Origin: an uncultured Gemmatimonadales bacterium
Lineage (GTDB): Bacteria; Gemmatimonadota; Gemmatimonadetes; Gemmatimonadales; Gemmatimonadaceae
DNA: 64,000 bases
NCBI GenBank assembly: GCA_963850905.1
Contig: CAWKMU010000003.1
Location: 1,088,001 to 1,152,000, forward strand
Direction: 5' to 3'
Shown: in pieces, positions 9,468 to 19,634 of the stretch
How positions within the stretch are numbered: position 1 is the first letter of the stretch
Layout of the letters: each line of letters opens with the position of its first letter
Position numbers and translations under genes: made by a program
The notes under the pieces: model-generated
Told to the model about the DNA's origin: nothing
Seen by the model: only the letters and a program-made list of their open reading frames with translations
Databases searched by the model: none

Positions 9468-10193
9468 ATGAAACGGAAGTCGACGCGTATGCGGGACGGC
9501 CGACGCGACTTGGGCAGCCTGACGCGGGCAGTGGGTGCAGTCGGAATCGCCGTTGCCCTCACTGGTGTCATGACAGCGGCCGTACGGCGCTCAGCCGGGC
9601 TTGCCGTGGCGCCGGCCCGCCTCGCGGCGCTTGGAGCAACGAGCACCCCAGATACCAACCCGCCGGCGACCGCCGGCTCGTCGTCATCACAGCCAGCAGC
9701 TACTTCACAGGCGGAGAAGACTTCGATGGATTGGAAGCACTTCCACAAGCCGAGCGATACAGACCTCCAGCGCAAGCTGACGCCGGAGGAGTACCAGGTG
9801 ACGCAGCACGAAGGGACGGAGCCGCCGTTTCGGAACGAGTATTGGGACAATCACGCCGACGGCATCTACGTCGACATCGTGTCGGGGGAGCCGCTGTTCA
9901 GCTCCAAAGACAAGTTCGAGTCGGGCACCGGATGGCCGAGTTTTACCAGACCGCTCGACGCGAGCAACGTGACCACGCGATCGGACAACTCGTTGCTCAT
10001 GTCCCGCACCGAGGTGCGCTCGAAACACGCCAACTCGCATCTCGGTCACGTCTTCGACGATGGTCCAGCGCCGACCGGCCTTCGCTACTGCATGAATTCC
10101 GCCGCGATGCGCTTCATTCCCGTTGACAGCCTGGCAGCCGAAGGTTACGAGCAATATCTCGCGCTCTTCGGGAAGGCAGAGGCGAAGAAGTGA
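9468..10193 (+). CDS. msrB: Peptide-methionine (R)-S-oxide reductase with N-terminal export signal
   Basis: [39 protein letters not shown]. No Zn-binding CxxC motifs. Confidence 0.95.
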   Translation: MKRKSTRMRDGRRDLGSLTRAVGAVGIAVALTGVMTAAVRRSAGLAVAPARLAALGATSTPDTNPPATAGSSSSQPAATSQAEKTSMDWKHFHKPSDTDLQRKLTPEEYQVTQHEGTEPPFRNEYWDNHADGIYVDIVSGEPLFSSKDKFESGTGWPSFTRPLDASNVTTRSDNSLLMSRTEVRSKHANSHLGHVFDDGPAPTGLRYCMNSAAMRFIPVDSLAAEGYEQYLALFGKAEAKK

Positions 10194-11104
10194 CCTCCGA
10201 GGCATCTCCAGCCTCGCACGCCCCTCTTCCCACAGATCCGCCACGTACCGTCGAATCGCCAGCGGCCGCAGCGCCAGCGCTCGAACCTGGGCACGTGGTG
10301 CTGCGCCACCACTGGATCGTGCGCGTCACTCACTGGGTCGCGGTCGTCGCGATCCTGATCATGGCCGGATCCGGCCTTCGGATCTTCGACGCGTATCCGG
10401 CGTTTCATCGTAAGGGCGACACCTTCTGCTGCTATCCGTTCGAAGGGCACCCGATTCCCGCCTGGCTGACGTTTGGCGGCTGGCTCGGGGGAGCCCGCAA
10501 TTGGCACTTCGCGATGATGTGGGTGTTGTTGATCAATGGTCTGGTCTACGTCGGCTTCGTCTATTTGCACGGCGAGTGGCGAGACCTTGTGCCGCGCCAC
10601 GGCGACGTTCGCGACGCCTGGCAAATGGTTCGCTTCTATCTCTTCCTCCGAGCGCGACATCCGCACCAGCGCAAACACAACGCGCTACAAAAAACCGCGT
10701 ATTTCGCGATGCCGTGGATCGGCGCGATCATCGTTCTGACGGGAATTGCCATTTGGAAGCCCGTTCAACTCGGGCCGCTCACCGCCGTGTTTGGCGGCTA
10801 CGTGTGGGCGCGGTACTGGCATTTCCTTGGGATGGTCGCGCTGCTTGCGGTCGCTGCTGCTCACGTCTTCATGGTGTTTGCGGTCGATCCGTACTCCCTG
10901 CCGTCGATGATTACGGGGCGGTACAACGAGGCCTACTCGCCCGAAATCCGCAATGCGCGCCCGTTGTATCACGTGCTCCCGCACTGGGCAAAGAATGGCC
11001 AGGCTTCGGGCTTGGCGATTCCGGATGCGGCAGCGACCACCCCCGTGCCGGTGTCCACGGCAGGGGAGCCGCCGGCCCCCGGCCCGCCGCGGGGTGAACC
11101 GTGA
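10190..11104 (+). CDS. Cytochrome b (Ni/Fe-hydrogenase/thiosulfate reductase-type) membrane subunit
   Basis: [28 protein letters not shown]...HVFM His ligands. GTGA overlap with msrB. Confidence 0.85.
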   Translation: MTSEASPASHAPLPTDPPRTVESPAAAAPALEPGHVVLRHHWIVRVTHWVAVVAILIMAGSGLRIFDAYPAFHRKGDTFCCYPFEGHPIPAWLTFGGWLGGARNWHFAMMWVLLINGLVYVGFVYLHGEWRDLVPRHGDVRDAWQMVRFYLFLRARHPHQRKHNALQKTAYFAMPWIGAIIVLTGIAIWKPVQLGPLTAVFGGYVWARYWHFLGMVALLAVAAAHVFMVFAVDPYSLPSMITGRYNEAYSPEIRNARPLYHVLPHWAKNGQASGLAIPDAAATTPVPVSTAGEPPAPGPPRGEP

Positions 11105-11898
11105 GCGATGCGCGTGAGCTCGAGCGGCGCATTCGGGACGTGCTGGATCGAGAGCCCGAACGCGGCGTGTCCTCGAGTCCGAGTGACCGCATCGATCGGC
11201 GGCGATTTCTGCTGCTGGGCGGCGGCGCGGTATCGGCCGCGCTACTCGCGGCGTGCAACAGCTATGGACCTCGTGACGCGCAGGGCATTCTGCGCTTCGC
11301 CGAGCGAAGCAACGAGCGACTGGAGCGTCGCCTATTTCGTGAGGGCTCACGCGATCGGCCGCGAGCTCGCTGGCGCGAGGCTGGCAGCGCCCTGCCCGTC
11401 TACTACATCTCCGACGCCATCCCGATGTGGGATGAGACGACGCAAGGGCCATGGGCCCTCGAGGTGGGTGGGCTGGTCGGTCACCCGCTGCGCCTGACAC
11501 TCGATGACTTGATGCGGCTTCCGCGGACGACTCAGCGCGTCGATCACTACTGCGTCGAGGGATGGACGGCGGTCGCTTCGTGGACTGGCGTGCGTCTGCG
11601 CGATCTCGCGGCGATCGCTCGAGCATCGCCGGCGGCGCAGTACGTCGATTTTCAGTCCTTTGACAAGGACTATCACGAGAGTTGGGACATCGAGAGTGCC
11701 ACACACCCGCAGACGCTAATTGCCTACGGACTGGACGGTCACATGCTCGGCGCCGCCCACGGTGCGCCCGCGCGGGTGCATTCGCCCGTGAAGCTCGGTT
11801 ACAAGAACACGAAGTACCTCACCCGCATCGTCTTCATGCCGACGCGCAACGGCGGCTACTGGAGCGATCAGGGGTACGAATGGTACGGCGGCGTGTAG
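11101..11898 (+). CDS. Molybdopterin-dependent oxidoreductase, sulfite oxidase family (MsrP-like), Tat-exported
   Basis: DRRRFL Tat motif, HYCVEGW Mo-ligand Cys, HGAPAR, KLGYKNTKY, GYWSDQGY. GTGA overlap with cytochrome b. Confidence 0.88.
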   Translation: MSDARELERRIRDVLDREPERGVSSSPSDRIDRRRFLLLGGGAVSAALLAACNSYGPRDAQGILRFAERSNERLERRLFREGSRDRPRARWREAGSALPVYYISDAIPMWDETTQGPWALEVGGLVGHPLRLTLDDLMRLPRTTQRVDHYCVEGWTAVASWTGVRLRDLAAIARASPAAQYVDFQSFDKDYHESWDIESATHPQTLIAYGLDGHMLGAAHGAPARVHSPVKLGYKNTKYLTRIVFMPTRNGGYWSDQGYEWYGGV

Positions 11899-11907
11899 CG
11901 CTCGTCG

Positions 11908-12414
11908 TTACGCTCGCAGTGCCGCGCGTCCGGCTTCGATGGCGACGAGCAATCCGACGGCGCCGATCGCGATGAGGATCACCAGCGGCGCGTTGTCGTC
12001 CGCTGCGCGAGACATCCCGGCGGACATGGACGCGGCCTCCGCGTAGGAGGTCGCGGTCACGGCGGCGCGCGTTGTTGTCTGAGTCGTAGACGACGGTTCC
12101 GGCGCGCGTCGTACGTTCGCGACCTTCACCGTCGAGTCGGAGGATCGCTGTCCGGCGGCAGCGGACCATGACCTGGTGACGGAGTCGATCCAGGCTCCGT
12201 CGGACTGCATCGGTGCCGCGACGACCGTCGGTGCCTGCTCTGGTGGCGTGGGCGGAGGACGTCGCCTGCGCGCGAACGGCCCGTGACACGCCATCGCGCC
12301 CGCGATGCACGCTGCGCCAGCCAGAACCGCAACCGCGCGTTTCATGCGTACGCCGCGCTGCAAGTTGCCGACCGTCTTGATTGGTCGCCCCTGATCCCTG
12401 TTTCCAGTGTTCAA
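11908..12414 (-). CDS. Hypothetical lipoprotein/membrane protein
   Basis: Lipobox-like AMAC after MKRAV (alternative start 12345) and a C-terminal TM segment. Fills the gap after the esterase. Confidence 0.5.
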   Translation of the reverse strand: MNTGNRDQGRPIKTVGNLQRGVRMKRAVAVLAGAACIAGAMACHGPFARRRRPPPTPPEQAPTVVAAPMQSDGAWIDSVTRSWSAAAGQRSSDSTVKVANVRRAPEPSSTTQTTTRAAVTATSYAEAASMSAGMSRAADDNAPLVILIAIGAVGLLVAIEAGRAALRA

Positions 12415-14129
12415 TATCGCCAGGGCGCACGCTCGCCTGGCGGTGCGTGCTTCGCGACCGCATCGGCCATCTCGCGAACGAGGTCAGCTGCATCGGTGTG
12501 CTGCCACCCGTGCCCTTTCTCGGGGCGGCCGAAGCGGAACAGGCCGGCAACGTGCGGATGCTGTGCCGAGTCGAGGAAGGCCTCGAAGTCGTACACGCCG
12601 AGGTTCAGGTAGAAATTGTCCATGTCGCCCACGTCGATGTGGATCTTGTCAGTGAGCGACGGACCGATTTGCGCCCAGTGCTGGCGAGCATAGGCGGTCA
12701 GGTCGTACCCGCGGTCGCGCATGTAGTTCGCGACGTCGTGGTTGATATGGCCCGTCCGCTTGTCCCAGAGGGGAGCCGGGTAGCCGTCGGAACCCACCGG
12801 TCCGTACACGGCTTCCCAGATCTCCAGCTGCTCTCCCGAACGTCCGTGGCTGCCCAGGACGTCCTCGAACCGGCTGAAATCGCGCATGGTGATGAGCGGC
12901 TGCCCATCGTTCCCGCGCATGAGGTAGCGTTCCGCGTGGAACCACCGATTGATGGGCGAAAACGATGGCTGCCCCTCCCGACTCACGGTGAACGCGTTGG
13001 TATCCCGATATGCGTTGACCAGCCCGTAGTGATCGAAGTCGATGGGGTCGGGATAGAGCGTCCACGTGCCGCCAAAGAAGTCGGGATGGTAGAGCTGCAA
13101 GGCGAGCGACTCCCACCCGCCGGTCGAACCCCCGGTCAGCACACGGGCGTACGCGTGCGGGATGACCCGGAAATGCGTTTCGAGGTACGGGATGAGCTCC
13201 GTCATGATCGCGTCGCCGTACGGGCCGTTGTTCGCCGAGTTCACCGCGTAGGAGTCGTCGAAGTACGGTGTCGGGTGTTGGAAGGTGACCGCGATCACGC
13301 GCGGGAAGCCAGATCCGCTCCACGCACGGTAGAGATCGTACCCAGGTTTCAGGTTGTACGAGGTCAGCAGCTCGTGGAACGGTTCCGGGATCGGCGCCTG
13401 CACGCTGTCGAAGTCGAGCGGGGGCCGGAGGTTGAAGTGTCCTTGTTCGTAGATCACGGGATACCGCACGTCCGGGTGCGTGTCGTATCCCGCTGGCAAC
13501 AGGACTGTCGCACCCAGAAACACCGGCTGGCCCCAGAATTTGGTCAGCAGGTCGCTCTGGATCTTGATGTGTTTGACCCACTTCGAGTCCGGAGGCAGCG
13601 CAATGGGCGGGAGCGCGCGCGAGACCGCGACCGAGACATTGTACCCGCCCGCTGGGTCGAGATGAACGCGCTGGACCGTGCTGATCAGCGTGCCGGGCGA
13701 CACCCCGAAATGCTGCCCCTCCCACTGGTCCATGTGCGCCCAGATGGTGTGGCCATCGGATCGGTGAAACCGGGTGTAGGGGACGACGATCGCCTGCACG
13801 TAGTAGTCGCCTGCGGGGATGTCCCGAAGCGATGCAACGGGATAACCGAGGGTCGTATCGGAAATGAGCGCGGAGCTGCCTGGTGCGAGGCTCTGGACGT
13901 CCGTACCGAACAGCGGGATGCTCGCCGTGAAGTCATCGGCTGCCAACCGCGGGTCGTGGGCGCTGTCGGCTGAGTCGGCGCTGATCATCACGTATGCGCG
14001 GCCCGTGATCGGATCGGCATGCAGCGAGGCCGGCACGGAGATCGAGATGGAGACGGGCCTGGCCGATGGGCTACAGGTCGCGCACGCCAGCGCGATGGCG
14101 AAGGCGAGGATCGTGCGAACGCGGATCAT
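12411..14129 (-). CDS. Secreted alpha/beta-hydrolase (putative esterase)
   Basis: Signal peptide, GATVLLPAGY, SANNGPYGDA, GGSTGGW nucleophile elbow, VGDMD, GHGW. Confidence 0.8.
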   Translation of the reverse strand: MIRVRTILAFAIALACATCSPSARPVSISISVPASLHADPITGRAYVMISADSADSAHDPRLAADDFTASIPLFGTDVQSLAPGSSALISDTTLGYPVASLRDIPAGDYYVQAIVVPYTRFHRSDGHTIWAHMDQWEGQHFGVSPGTLISTVQRVHLDPAGGYNVSVAVSRALPPIALPPDSKWVKHIKIQSDLLTKFWGQPVFLGATVLLPAGYDTHPDVRYPVIYEQGHFNLRPPLDFDSVQAPIPEPFHELLTSYNLKPGYDLYRAWSGSGFPRVIAVTFQHPTPYFDDSYAVNSANNGPYGDAIMTELIPYLETHFRVIPHAYARVLTGGSTGGWESLALQLYHPDFFGGTWTLYPDPIDFDHYGLVNAYRDTNAFTVSREGQPSFSPINRWFHAERYLMRGNDGQPLITMRDFSRFEDVLGSHGRSGEQLEIWEAVYGPVGSDGYPAPLWDKRTGHINHDVANYMRDRGYDLTAYARQHWAQIGPSLTDKIHIDVGDMDNFYLNLGVYDFEAFLDSAQHPHVAGLFRFGRPEKGHGWQHTDAADLVREMADAVAKHAPPGERAPWRY

Positions 14130-14422
14130 CCTCGATACTGCTCCATCATCTCCACGAGCTCGTCGTACATGGCGTCGGCTGCCCGCGGTGTGTCGCGAAT
14201 CGCGCGCGTGGCGCAGTGCTTGAGGTGATTGCGCATCAACTCTCGACCGACCGCGCGCAACGCTTCGTGTACCGCGGAGATCTGGGTGAGCACTTCGGCG
14301 CAGTAGCGATCCTCCTCAACCATCTTCTGCAGCCCGCGCACCTGTCCCTCGATCCGACGGAGACGCGTGAGGTTCCGCTCCTTGCTGGTGGCGTCGACGC
14401 CGATGGCTTTACGCAGTGCCAC
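14126..14422 (-). CDS. csoR: Copper-sensing transcriptional repressor CsoR
   Basis: [33 protein letters not shown] (Cys-His-Cys). GTG 14422 overlaps the copA stop region. Confidence 0.9.
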   Translation of the reverse strand: MALRKAIGVDATSKERNLTRLRRIEGQVRGLQKMVEEDRYCAEVLTQISAVHEALRAVGRELMRNHLKHCATRAIRDTPRAADAMYDELVEMMEQYRG

Positions 14423-16838
14423 GGAACCCTCGCAGCCGGAGGCTGTTGGACACCACACTCACCGAGCTGAAGGCCATCGCGCTACTGGCCAGGATCGGGC
14501 TGAGCAGGATGCCAAATGTGGGGTAGAGGACGCCCGCCGCAATCGGGATCCCGACCAGGTTATAAACGAGCGCCCAGAAGAGGTTCTGTCGCATCGTTCG
14601 CATCGCGCGTCGGCTCAAGCGGATCGCATCGCCGACGCCCAGGAGATCGTTGCGCATGAGGGCCACGTCACACGCCTCCAGCGAAACGTCCGCGGCGCTG
14701 CCGATGGCGATGCCGACGTCCGCCTGCGCCAGCGCCGGGGCGTCATTGATGCCATCTCCCACCATCGCTACCGCGTGATGTGCGTCCTGCAGGCGCTTGA
14801 TGGCGGCCACCTTTCCGTCCGGCAGCACGCCCGCCACCACCCGATCGATGCCCACCTCGCGAGCCACGGCGCGCGCGGCGCGCTCCGTATCACCGCTCAG
14901 CATGACCACCAGGAGCCCCAGCTGTCGCAGCTCGTCGACCGCTCGCCTGGAGCTGTCGCGAACGGGATCCGCGATCGCGATCAGGCCGCGAAGCGCGCCA
15001 TCGATTGCCGCGTACACGACGGTGCGCCCCGCAGCGGCCAACTCGTCTGCGCGAGGCGCGAGCGGCGCTGCGTCGATCGCCCACTCCGCCAACAATGCGC
15101 GATTGCCAACGACCACCGATCGACCGTCGACGATCCCGAGCGCTCCGCGGCCTGGCAGCGCCTCAAACTGATCGACGACAGGCAGGGAAAGGCCTCGCGC
15201 TTGCGCGGCGTGCACAATCGCTTCCGCGAGCGGGTGCTCGGAGGCGTGTTCAACGCCTGCCACCATCGCGAGCAGCGCATCCGCGGGCGATGTCTCCGCG
15301 ATCCACGACGCGTTTCGCTCTGGGTGCAGCACCGCGATCTCACCGGCCCGTGAGGCGACGTGCGCTCCGGCCGCGATCGGTACATCCACATCGACCAACT
15401 CGATGTCCGTCACCGTCGGGCGGCCTTCCGTGATGGTCCCCGTCTTGTCGAGGACCACCGTGTCGAGGGCGCTCGTCCGCTGCAGTGCCTCGGAGCCTTT
15501 GATGAGCACGCCCATCTCCGCGCCTTTACCCGTGGCAACCATGAGCGCCGTTGGCACCGCAAGGCCCATGGCGCAGGGGCACGCGATGACCAGGACCGCG
15601 ACCGCCGCCGCGACGGCGCGGACAATTCCTCCCGGACCGCCTGCCACCAGCCACACGGCGGCAGTCAGTCCCGCAATCACGACGACCACGGGCACAAACA
15701 CCGCGCTGACGCGATCGGCCAGCTGCTGGATCGGCGCGCGTGTATTCTGTGCTTCGCGCATGAGCTGGACGATGTGCGCCAGTGTGCCGTCAGCCCCGAG
15801 GGTGGTCGCGCGATATCGGAAGACGCCGGTGCGATTGACGGTGCCACCGATGACCCGGGAGCCCACGCCCTTCTCCACCGGCATCGACTCGCCCGTCAGC
15901 ATCGATTCGTCGACGAAACTGGCGCCGCTGATGATCTGGCCATCCACGGGGACGCGCTCGCCGGGCCTCACGACAACGATGGCTCCCGGTCGCAGCGACT
16001 CGACCGCCAGATCGTGCTCGCCAGCGTCGTCGATGACACGCGCGCTCGGCGGCTGCAGCATGATCAGATGACGCAGCGCGGCTGTCGTGTGCCGCGTGGC
16101 GCCCGCCTCGAGCAGGTTGCCGGCGAGCACGAGCGCGATGATCATGATCACGGCTTCGTAATAGACGTCCGGAGCCACATGGTGCGCGATGAAGAACTGC
16201 GGCACGACCGTCGCAACGGCGGAGTAGAGAAATGCCGCGCCAGTCCCCAGGGCCACCAGCGTGTTCATGTTGGCCGTCCCCCGCCGGGCGGCCGCCCACG
16301 CACCGACGTAGAACCGGCGACCGGCCCATGCCATGACGAACAGCGTCAGGGCTAGCAGCCCGTAGCTCACGACACCGTCTGGAACGGCGGCAAGCCCGGG
16401 CACTCGCTCGGCAACCGGCCCGAATACTCGCATCGTCCACCGCATGAACGGGTCGACGTCGCGCACCCCGTGGGCCTCGGCGCGCAACATGAGCGGTACC
16501 GATGCTACCATGGCGACGACGCCGGCTAGAACGCTGACCACGACCTGGCGGCGAAGTGCAGCGATCGCCGCGTCGTGCGTGCGGCTCTGATCGACCAGCT
16601 CCTCCGTCGCGGATCGATGGTCAACCGGGAGCTCGGCCCCGTAGCCGGTCGCACGGACCGCCTCGACCAGTCGATCCCGAGACGTGACGGCCGGATCGAA
16701 ATCCACGCGCGCGGTCCCGGTCACGAGATTGACGACCGCGTCGACGACTCCCGGTTCCTGCGCCAACGCCCGCTGCACGTGCGCCTGGCACGACGCGCAG
16801 CTCATGCCAGTCACGGGGAACGTGAGAGAGGAGGACAT
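14409..16838 (-). CDS. copA: Copper-translocating P1B-type ATPase
   Basis: GMSCASC HMA domain, TGES, CPC, DKTGT, HP, GDGIND, YN and MAFSS motifs. Start ATG 16838; the longer ORF runs into a repeat. Confidence 0.95.
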   Translation of the reverse strand: MSSSLTFPVTGMSCASCQAHVQRALAQEPGVVDAVVNLVTGTARVDFDPAVTSRDRLVEAVRATGYGAELPVDHRSATEELVDQSRTHDAAIAALRRQVVVSVLAGVVAMVASVPLMLRAEAHGVRDVDPFMRWTMRVFGPVAERVPGLAAVPDGVVSYGLLALTLFVMAWAGRRFYVGAWAAARRGTANMNTLVALGTGAAFLYSAVATVVPQFFIAHHVAPDVYYEAVIMIIALVLAGNLLEAGATRHTTAALRHLIMLQPPSARVIDDAGEHDLAVESLRPGAIVVVRPGERVPVDGQIISGASFVDESMLTGESMPVEKGVGSRVIGGTVNRTGVFRYRATTLGADGTLAHIVQLMREAQNTRAPIQQLADRVSAVFVPVVVVIAGLTAAVWLVAGGPGGIVRAVAAAVAVLVIACPCAMGLAVPTALMVATGKGAEMGVLIKGSEALQRTSALDTVVLDKTGTITEGRPTVTDIELVDVDVPIAAGAHVASRAGEIAVLHPERNASWIAETSPADALLAMVAGVEHASEHPLAEAIVHAAQARGLSLPVVDQFEALPGRGALGIVDGRSVVVGNRALLAEWAIDAAPLAPRADELAAAGRTVVYAAIDGALRGLIAIADPVRDSSRRAVDELRQLGLLVVMLSGDTERAARAVAREVGIDRVVAGVLPDGKVAAIKRLQDAHHAVAMVGDGINDAPALAQADVGIAIGSAADVSLEACDVALMRNDLLGVGDAIRLSRRAMRTMRQNLFWALVYNLVGIPIAAGVLYPTFGILLSPILASSAMAFSSVSVVSNSLRLRGFRGTA

Positions 16839-16844
16839 GCCCGC

Positions 16845-16864
16845 AATATACCCTTGGGGGGTAT
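16845..16864 (-). promoter_or_regulatory. CsoR operator overlapping the copA -10 box
   Basis: ATACCC-N5-GGGTAT palindrome with G/C tracts (16848-16864), the CsoR operator pattern. TATATT on the minus strand lies 6 nt before the copA ATG. Confidence 0.85.
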
Positions 16865-16880
16865 GGATGGGGAAGGGCGG

Positions 16881-16987
16881 GACGTTTGACGTTAGACGTT
16901 GGACGTTAGAGACAAACCTCGAGGCCAGCCGCGGTGCATCTGAGCTGGCCTCGAGGTTTGCTTCCAACGTCTAACGTCTAACGTCTA
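16881..16987. repeat. Heptamer-armed palindromic element (GACGTTR type)
   Basis: Four GACGTT[TAG] units, perfect 17-bp inverted repeat CAAACCTCGAGGCCAGC/GCTGGCCTCGAGGTTTG, then (TC[CT]AACG)x3. Confidence 0.9.
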
Positions 16988-16992
16988 GCTTC

Positions 16993-17965
16993 TCACAGCC
17001 CAGCCACGAAGTTGACCGTCGGATCCTGGCAGCCGCTCCACGTGATCGTGATATAGGCCGATCCCTTCGAGCCGTTGAAGGAGGCCTGCAGCACGCCAGC
17101 GGTGAGTTGCGATGCTGTAGTGCACGTCGGGTCGTAGGTCAGCGCGGTTGGTGTCGAGACCGCCAGCGCGAACGACTTGCCATTGCCCGTGTAGTTGGTC
17201 GTGCCGGTAACGGTCAGCGTGCCCGGCGGGAGCGATCCGCTGCCGAGCAGCTCGCTGCCGCTGTAGGTGAACGTCGCCATCCAGTTCTGCGCATACGACG
17301 CGTTGACCGTATCGGTTCCGGTGCTCGCCAGCGTCAGCGTCATTCTGGTTGCTCTGCGACAGCGAGCCAGCCGTCTCCGTGACCGTGGTCCCGCCATTGA
17401 GCCCGATGCTGGCGGAATCCGCCCCCGAGCTCAGGCCGATCACGAGATTGTTCACCGTGGCCATGTAATCGGCGTCCGGCGTCGTGGGCGTCGGATCACC
17501 TTCGGTGAGAGAGCCGGAAATCGAGAAGGTCAGGCTGTCTTGCGTGAACGTGCAGTTCGCGCCGGCGGTCATGGTAACCGTGTCCGGAATGCCATCGGCA
17601 TCCTGGTCCGCAGGGTTGGCCGGCGTGAGGGTGATGCATGGCGGCAAGCTCCCCCTGCTCGCGATCCCCGTGCGGACCCGATGCACGCGGGTGCTTCGGA
17701 CGAGATCGAACGGGACGTGGGCCAGGCGCAGCAGCGGCGCCGCCGCTGGCGTGCCGACCCGGCTGGCATTTTGGACGGGCGGGTTGATGCCCCCGAGGAA
17801 GTCACTGATGGACGACTCGAGCGACGCCTCAACGCCCTCATCCACCAGCGCGGCATCCGCCGCCGTGGGCGCCGTGCTTGGCGCGGAGGAGCCAGCCAGA
17901 CTGCAGCCGACGATCGTAATCGCGGACAGACCAGCGGCGACGAAGGCCGCCACAGAACGACGCAT
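16993..17965 (-). pseudogene. Secreted Ser/Thr-rich beta-strand lipoprotein with a +1 frameshift (likely assembly error)
   Basis: Lipobox IVGC. Removing one extra base at about 17344 joins ...SQSNQ to MTLTLASTG... and the stop at 16993. Confidence 0.65.
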
Positions 17966-18164
17966 GAAGCGCTCCCGAGCGAGTGGAGAGGTGTTTGGCC
18001 GTTCACGCGTCGTAGGCCCTGATCTCCCCTGCCGTGCGACGTGACCGACCTGCTCTGACGCCCTTTCTGACGAACGCCGCCGCGGAAGCGAAACGAAAGG
18101 ATCTGTAACGAGGACGGATGCCGGGTTGGACTCCGCAGCTCTTTTTACGGACGCGGAGCGGCCG

Positions 18165-19157
18165 CTACCAGCCTGTCGCTCCGGACTGGAGATGCTCGAG
18201 TCCCAGCCGCAGGTGTTCCAGCACGCCCGGCCGCGGGCCTGCCTCTCCCCAAAACGGTGTCTTGTTGACGTCGATTGGGACGATCGCGCCCTCAGTGTCC
18301 ATCACGCAATCCGTTCCGTGGAAGTCGACCTGCATCGCGACCGCGGTGCGGTGAGCGACGCTGGCCGCCCGTGCGACTTCAGCCGTCACGTCGCCAAGTG
18401 GGATGTGCTCGCCTCCAATAGTCCAGAAAAAGGAATACTCTCGGCGGCGAGCGGGAGAGAGCAGCTTCTTGATCGTGAGGTCCGTCCAAATCTGTGCGAC
18501 CACCATTGCAGGGCCAACGCCGTACACCCGGTAGAAGGCACCCTCCGGGTTGTCGAGGTATCGCTCGATCGCCAAGGTGCGATCGAACCATGCAGCCTCA
18601 GGCACCTCGTCGCGTCGACAGACGCGATACCCCTGTGGATCGGACATCTCCGCATTCAGGTCACGGGTGAACCGCTCCGCAGTCCGCCCGCCACGCGCGG
18701 CCAGCCGCCGCTCCGGGACCCCGGCGGCGTTGAGCGTCGTCTTGATGATGACCCGTTCGTCACCCGGTCCTGCACGGGATGCCGCTGCCGATGGCAGGTC
18801 GAACTCGGCGCACCGCTCGTGCAGTGTCCGCTTCCGCAGGTCGGTCGCGCGGCTATTCAGCGTGACCACTCCTCGCGCGGCGAGGCCCTCGTACAGCGCC
18901 GCTTCCTCATCGAGGAAGTCATCGGTGCGGCTCGCATCGATATGCATCAGCACCACGCGGGCCGCGCGCCCGATGGCCTTCGCCACCGGTGCGGCGGCCT
19001 CGCCGGGACGGATCGGGATACGGGTGGCGTTGGGGTACATCGCCTGAATCAGGAAGTTGTCCCAGGCGTTGCACTCGCAGACGGCAATTGGGGCTGTCCC
19101 CAAGTAACGCGTGATCCGGCGGCGCACGTCGGTGCGGAGGCGTGCTAGCAACGACAC
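18165..19157 (-). CDS. Hypothetical protein with ATP-grasp-like motifs
   Basis: VIIKT, IERYL, FYRVY and DFHGTDCV...IDVNKTP occur in ATP-grasp order. GGAG precedes GTG 19157. Confidence 0.6.
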   Translation of the reverse strand: MSLLARLRTDVRRRITRYLGTAPIAVCECNAWDNFLIQAMYPNATRIPIRPGEAAAPVAKAIGRAARVVLMHIDASRTDDFLDEEAALYEGLAARGVVTLNSRATDLRKRTLHERCAEFDLPSAAASRAGPGDERVIIKTTLNAAGVPERRLAARGGRTAERFTRDLNAEMSDPQGYRVCRRDEVPEAAWFDRTLAIERYLDNPEGAFYRVYGVGPAMVVAQIWTDLTIKKLLSPARRREYSFFWTIGGEHIPLGDVTAEVARAASVAHRTAVAMQVDFHGTDCVMDTEGAIVPIDVNKTPFWGEAGPRPGVLEHLRLGLEHLQSGATGW

Positions 19158-19634
19158 TCGTCTCCCGGAATCCTTTGGTCGTGCTGCAAATGGATGGCTG
19201 CCTCGCATCGCCCACCCGAGACTGCACGTGCTATGCGAGGGGTTGGGACGGTAAGAACCGGTCGCCGCAGATGCAACTGTGGCAGTGAGGCAACATTGCA
19301 GTCGTCAGGCGTCGCTCTCGATCGGCGCTTGGATCGCCCACCATGTGTCATATTTTGGGACGCTTGCACGCTCCTGTACACGTCGGATCTCAGTCAAGAG
19401 GGGCGTGACCAAGCGAGCGTCCGTGACGACGCGCGCGCGCGTGATGGCGCCAAGCTGAACTGAGGGCGCTGCCTTGGGCCCACCTGAGTCGTCCACTGCC
19501 GGACCGCTGGCGTCGAGCGGTTCGCCTGAGCGCGTCGGCCAGTGGAGTCGTGCCTGTTATGGGAGGATGCTCCAAATCGGGCGACCAAGCGTCGGCGGCG
19601 GCAAACACGTAGTAGCAGCGAGAGGCGCTCACCA

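Noticed and set aside
12381..13973. 530-aa plus-strand ORF, and similar long ORFs at 3351-5072, 44157-46082 and 57117-58784
   Set aside because: Antisense shadows of well-supported genes in GC-rich DNA, with no motifs.
16839..16967. N-terminal extension of CopA in the ORF track
   Set aside because: It translates the operator and repeat element; ATG 16838 has a -10 box and precedes the HMA domain.
19160..19634. Possible ncRNA or small gene in a long divergent intergenic region
   Set aside because: No convincing structure, RBS or protein motif.
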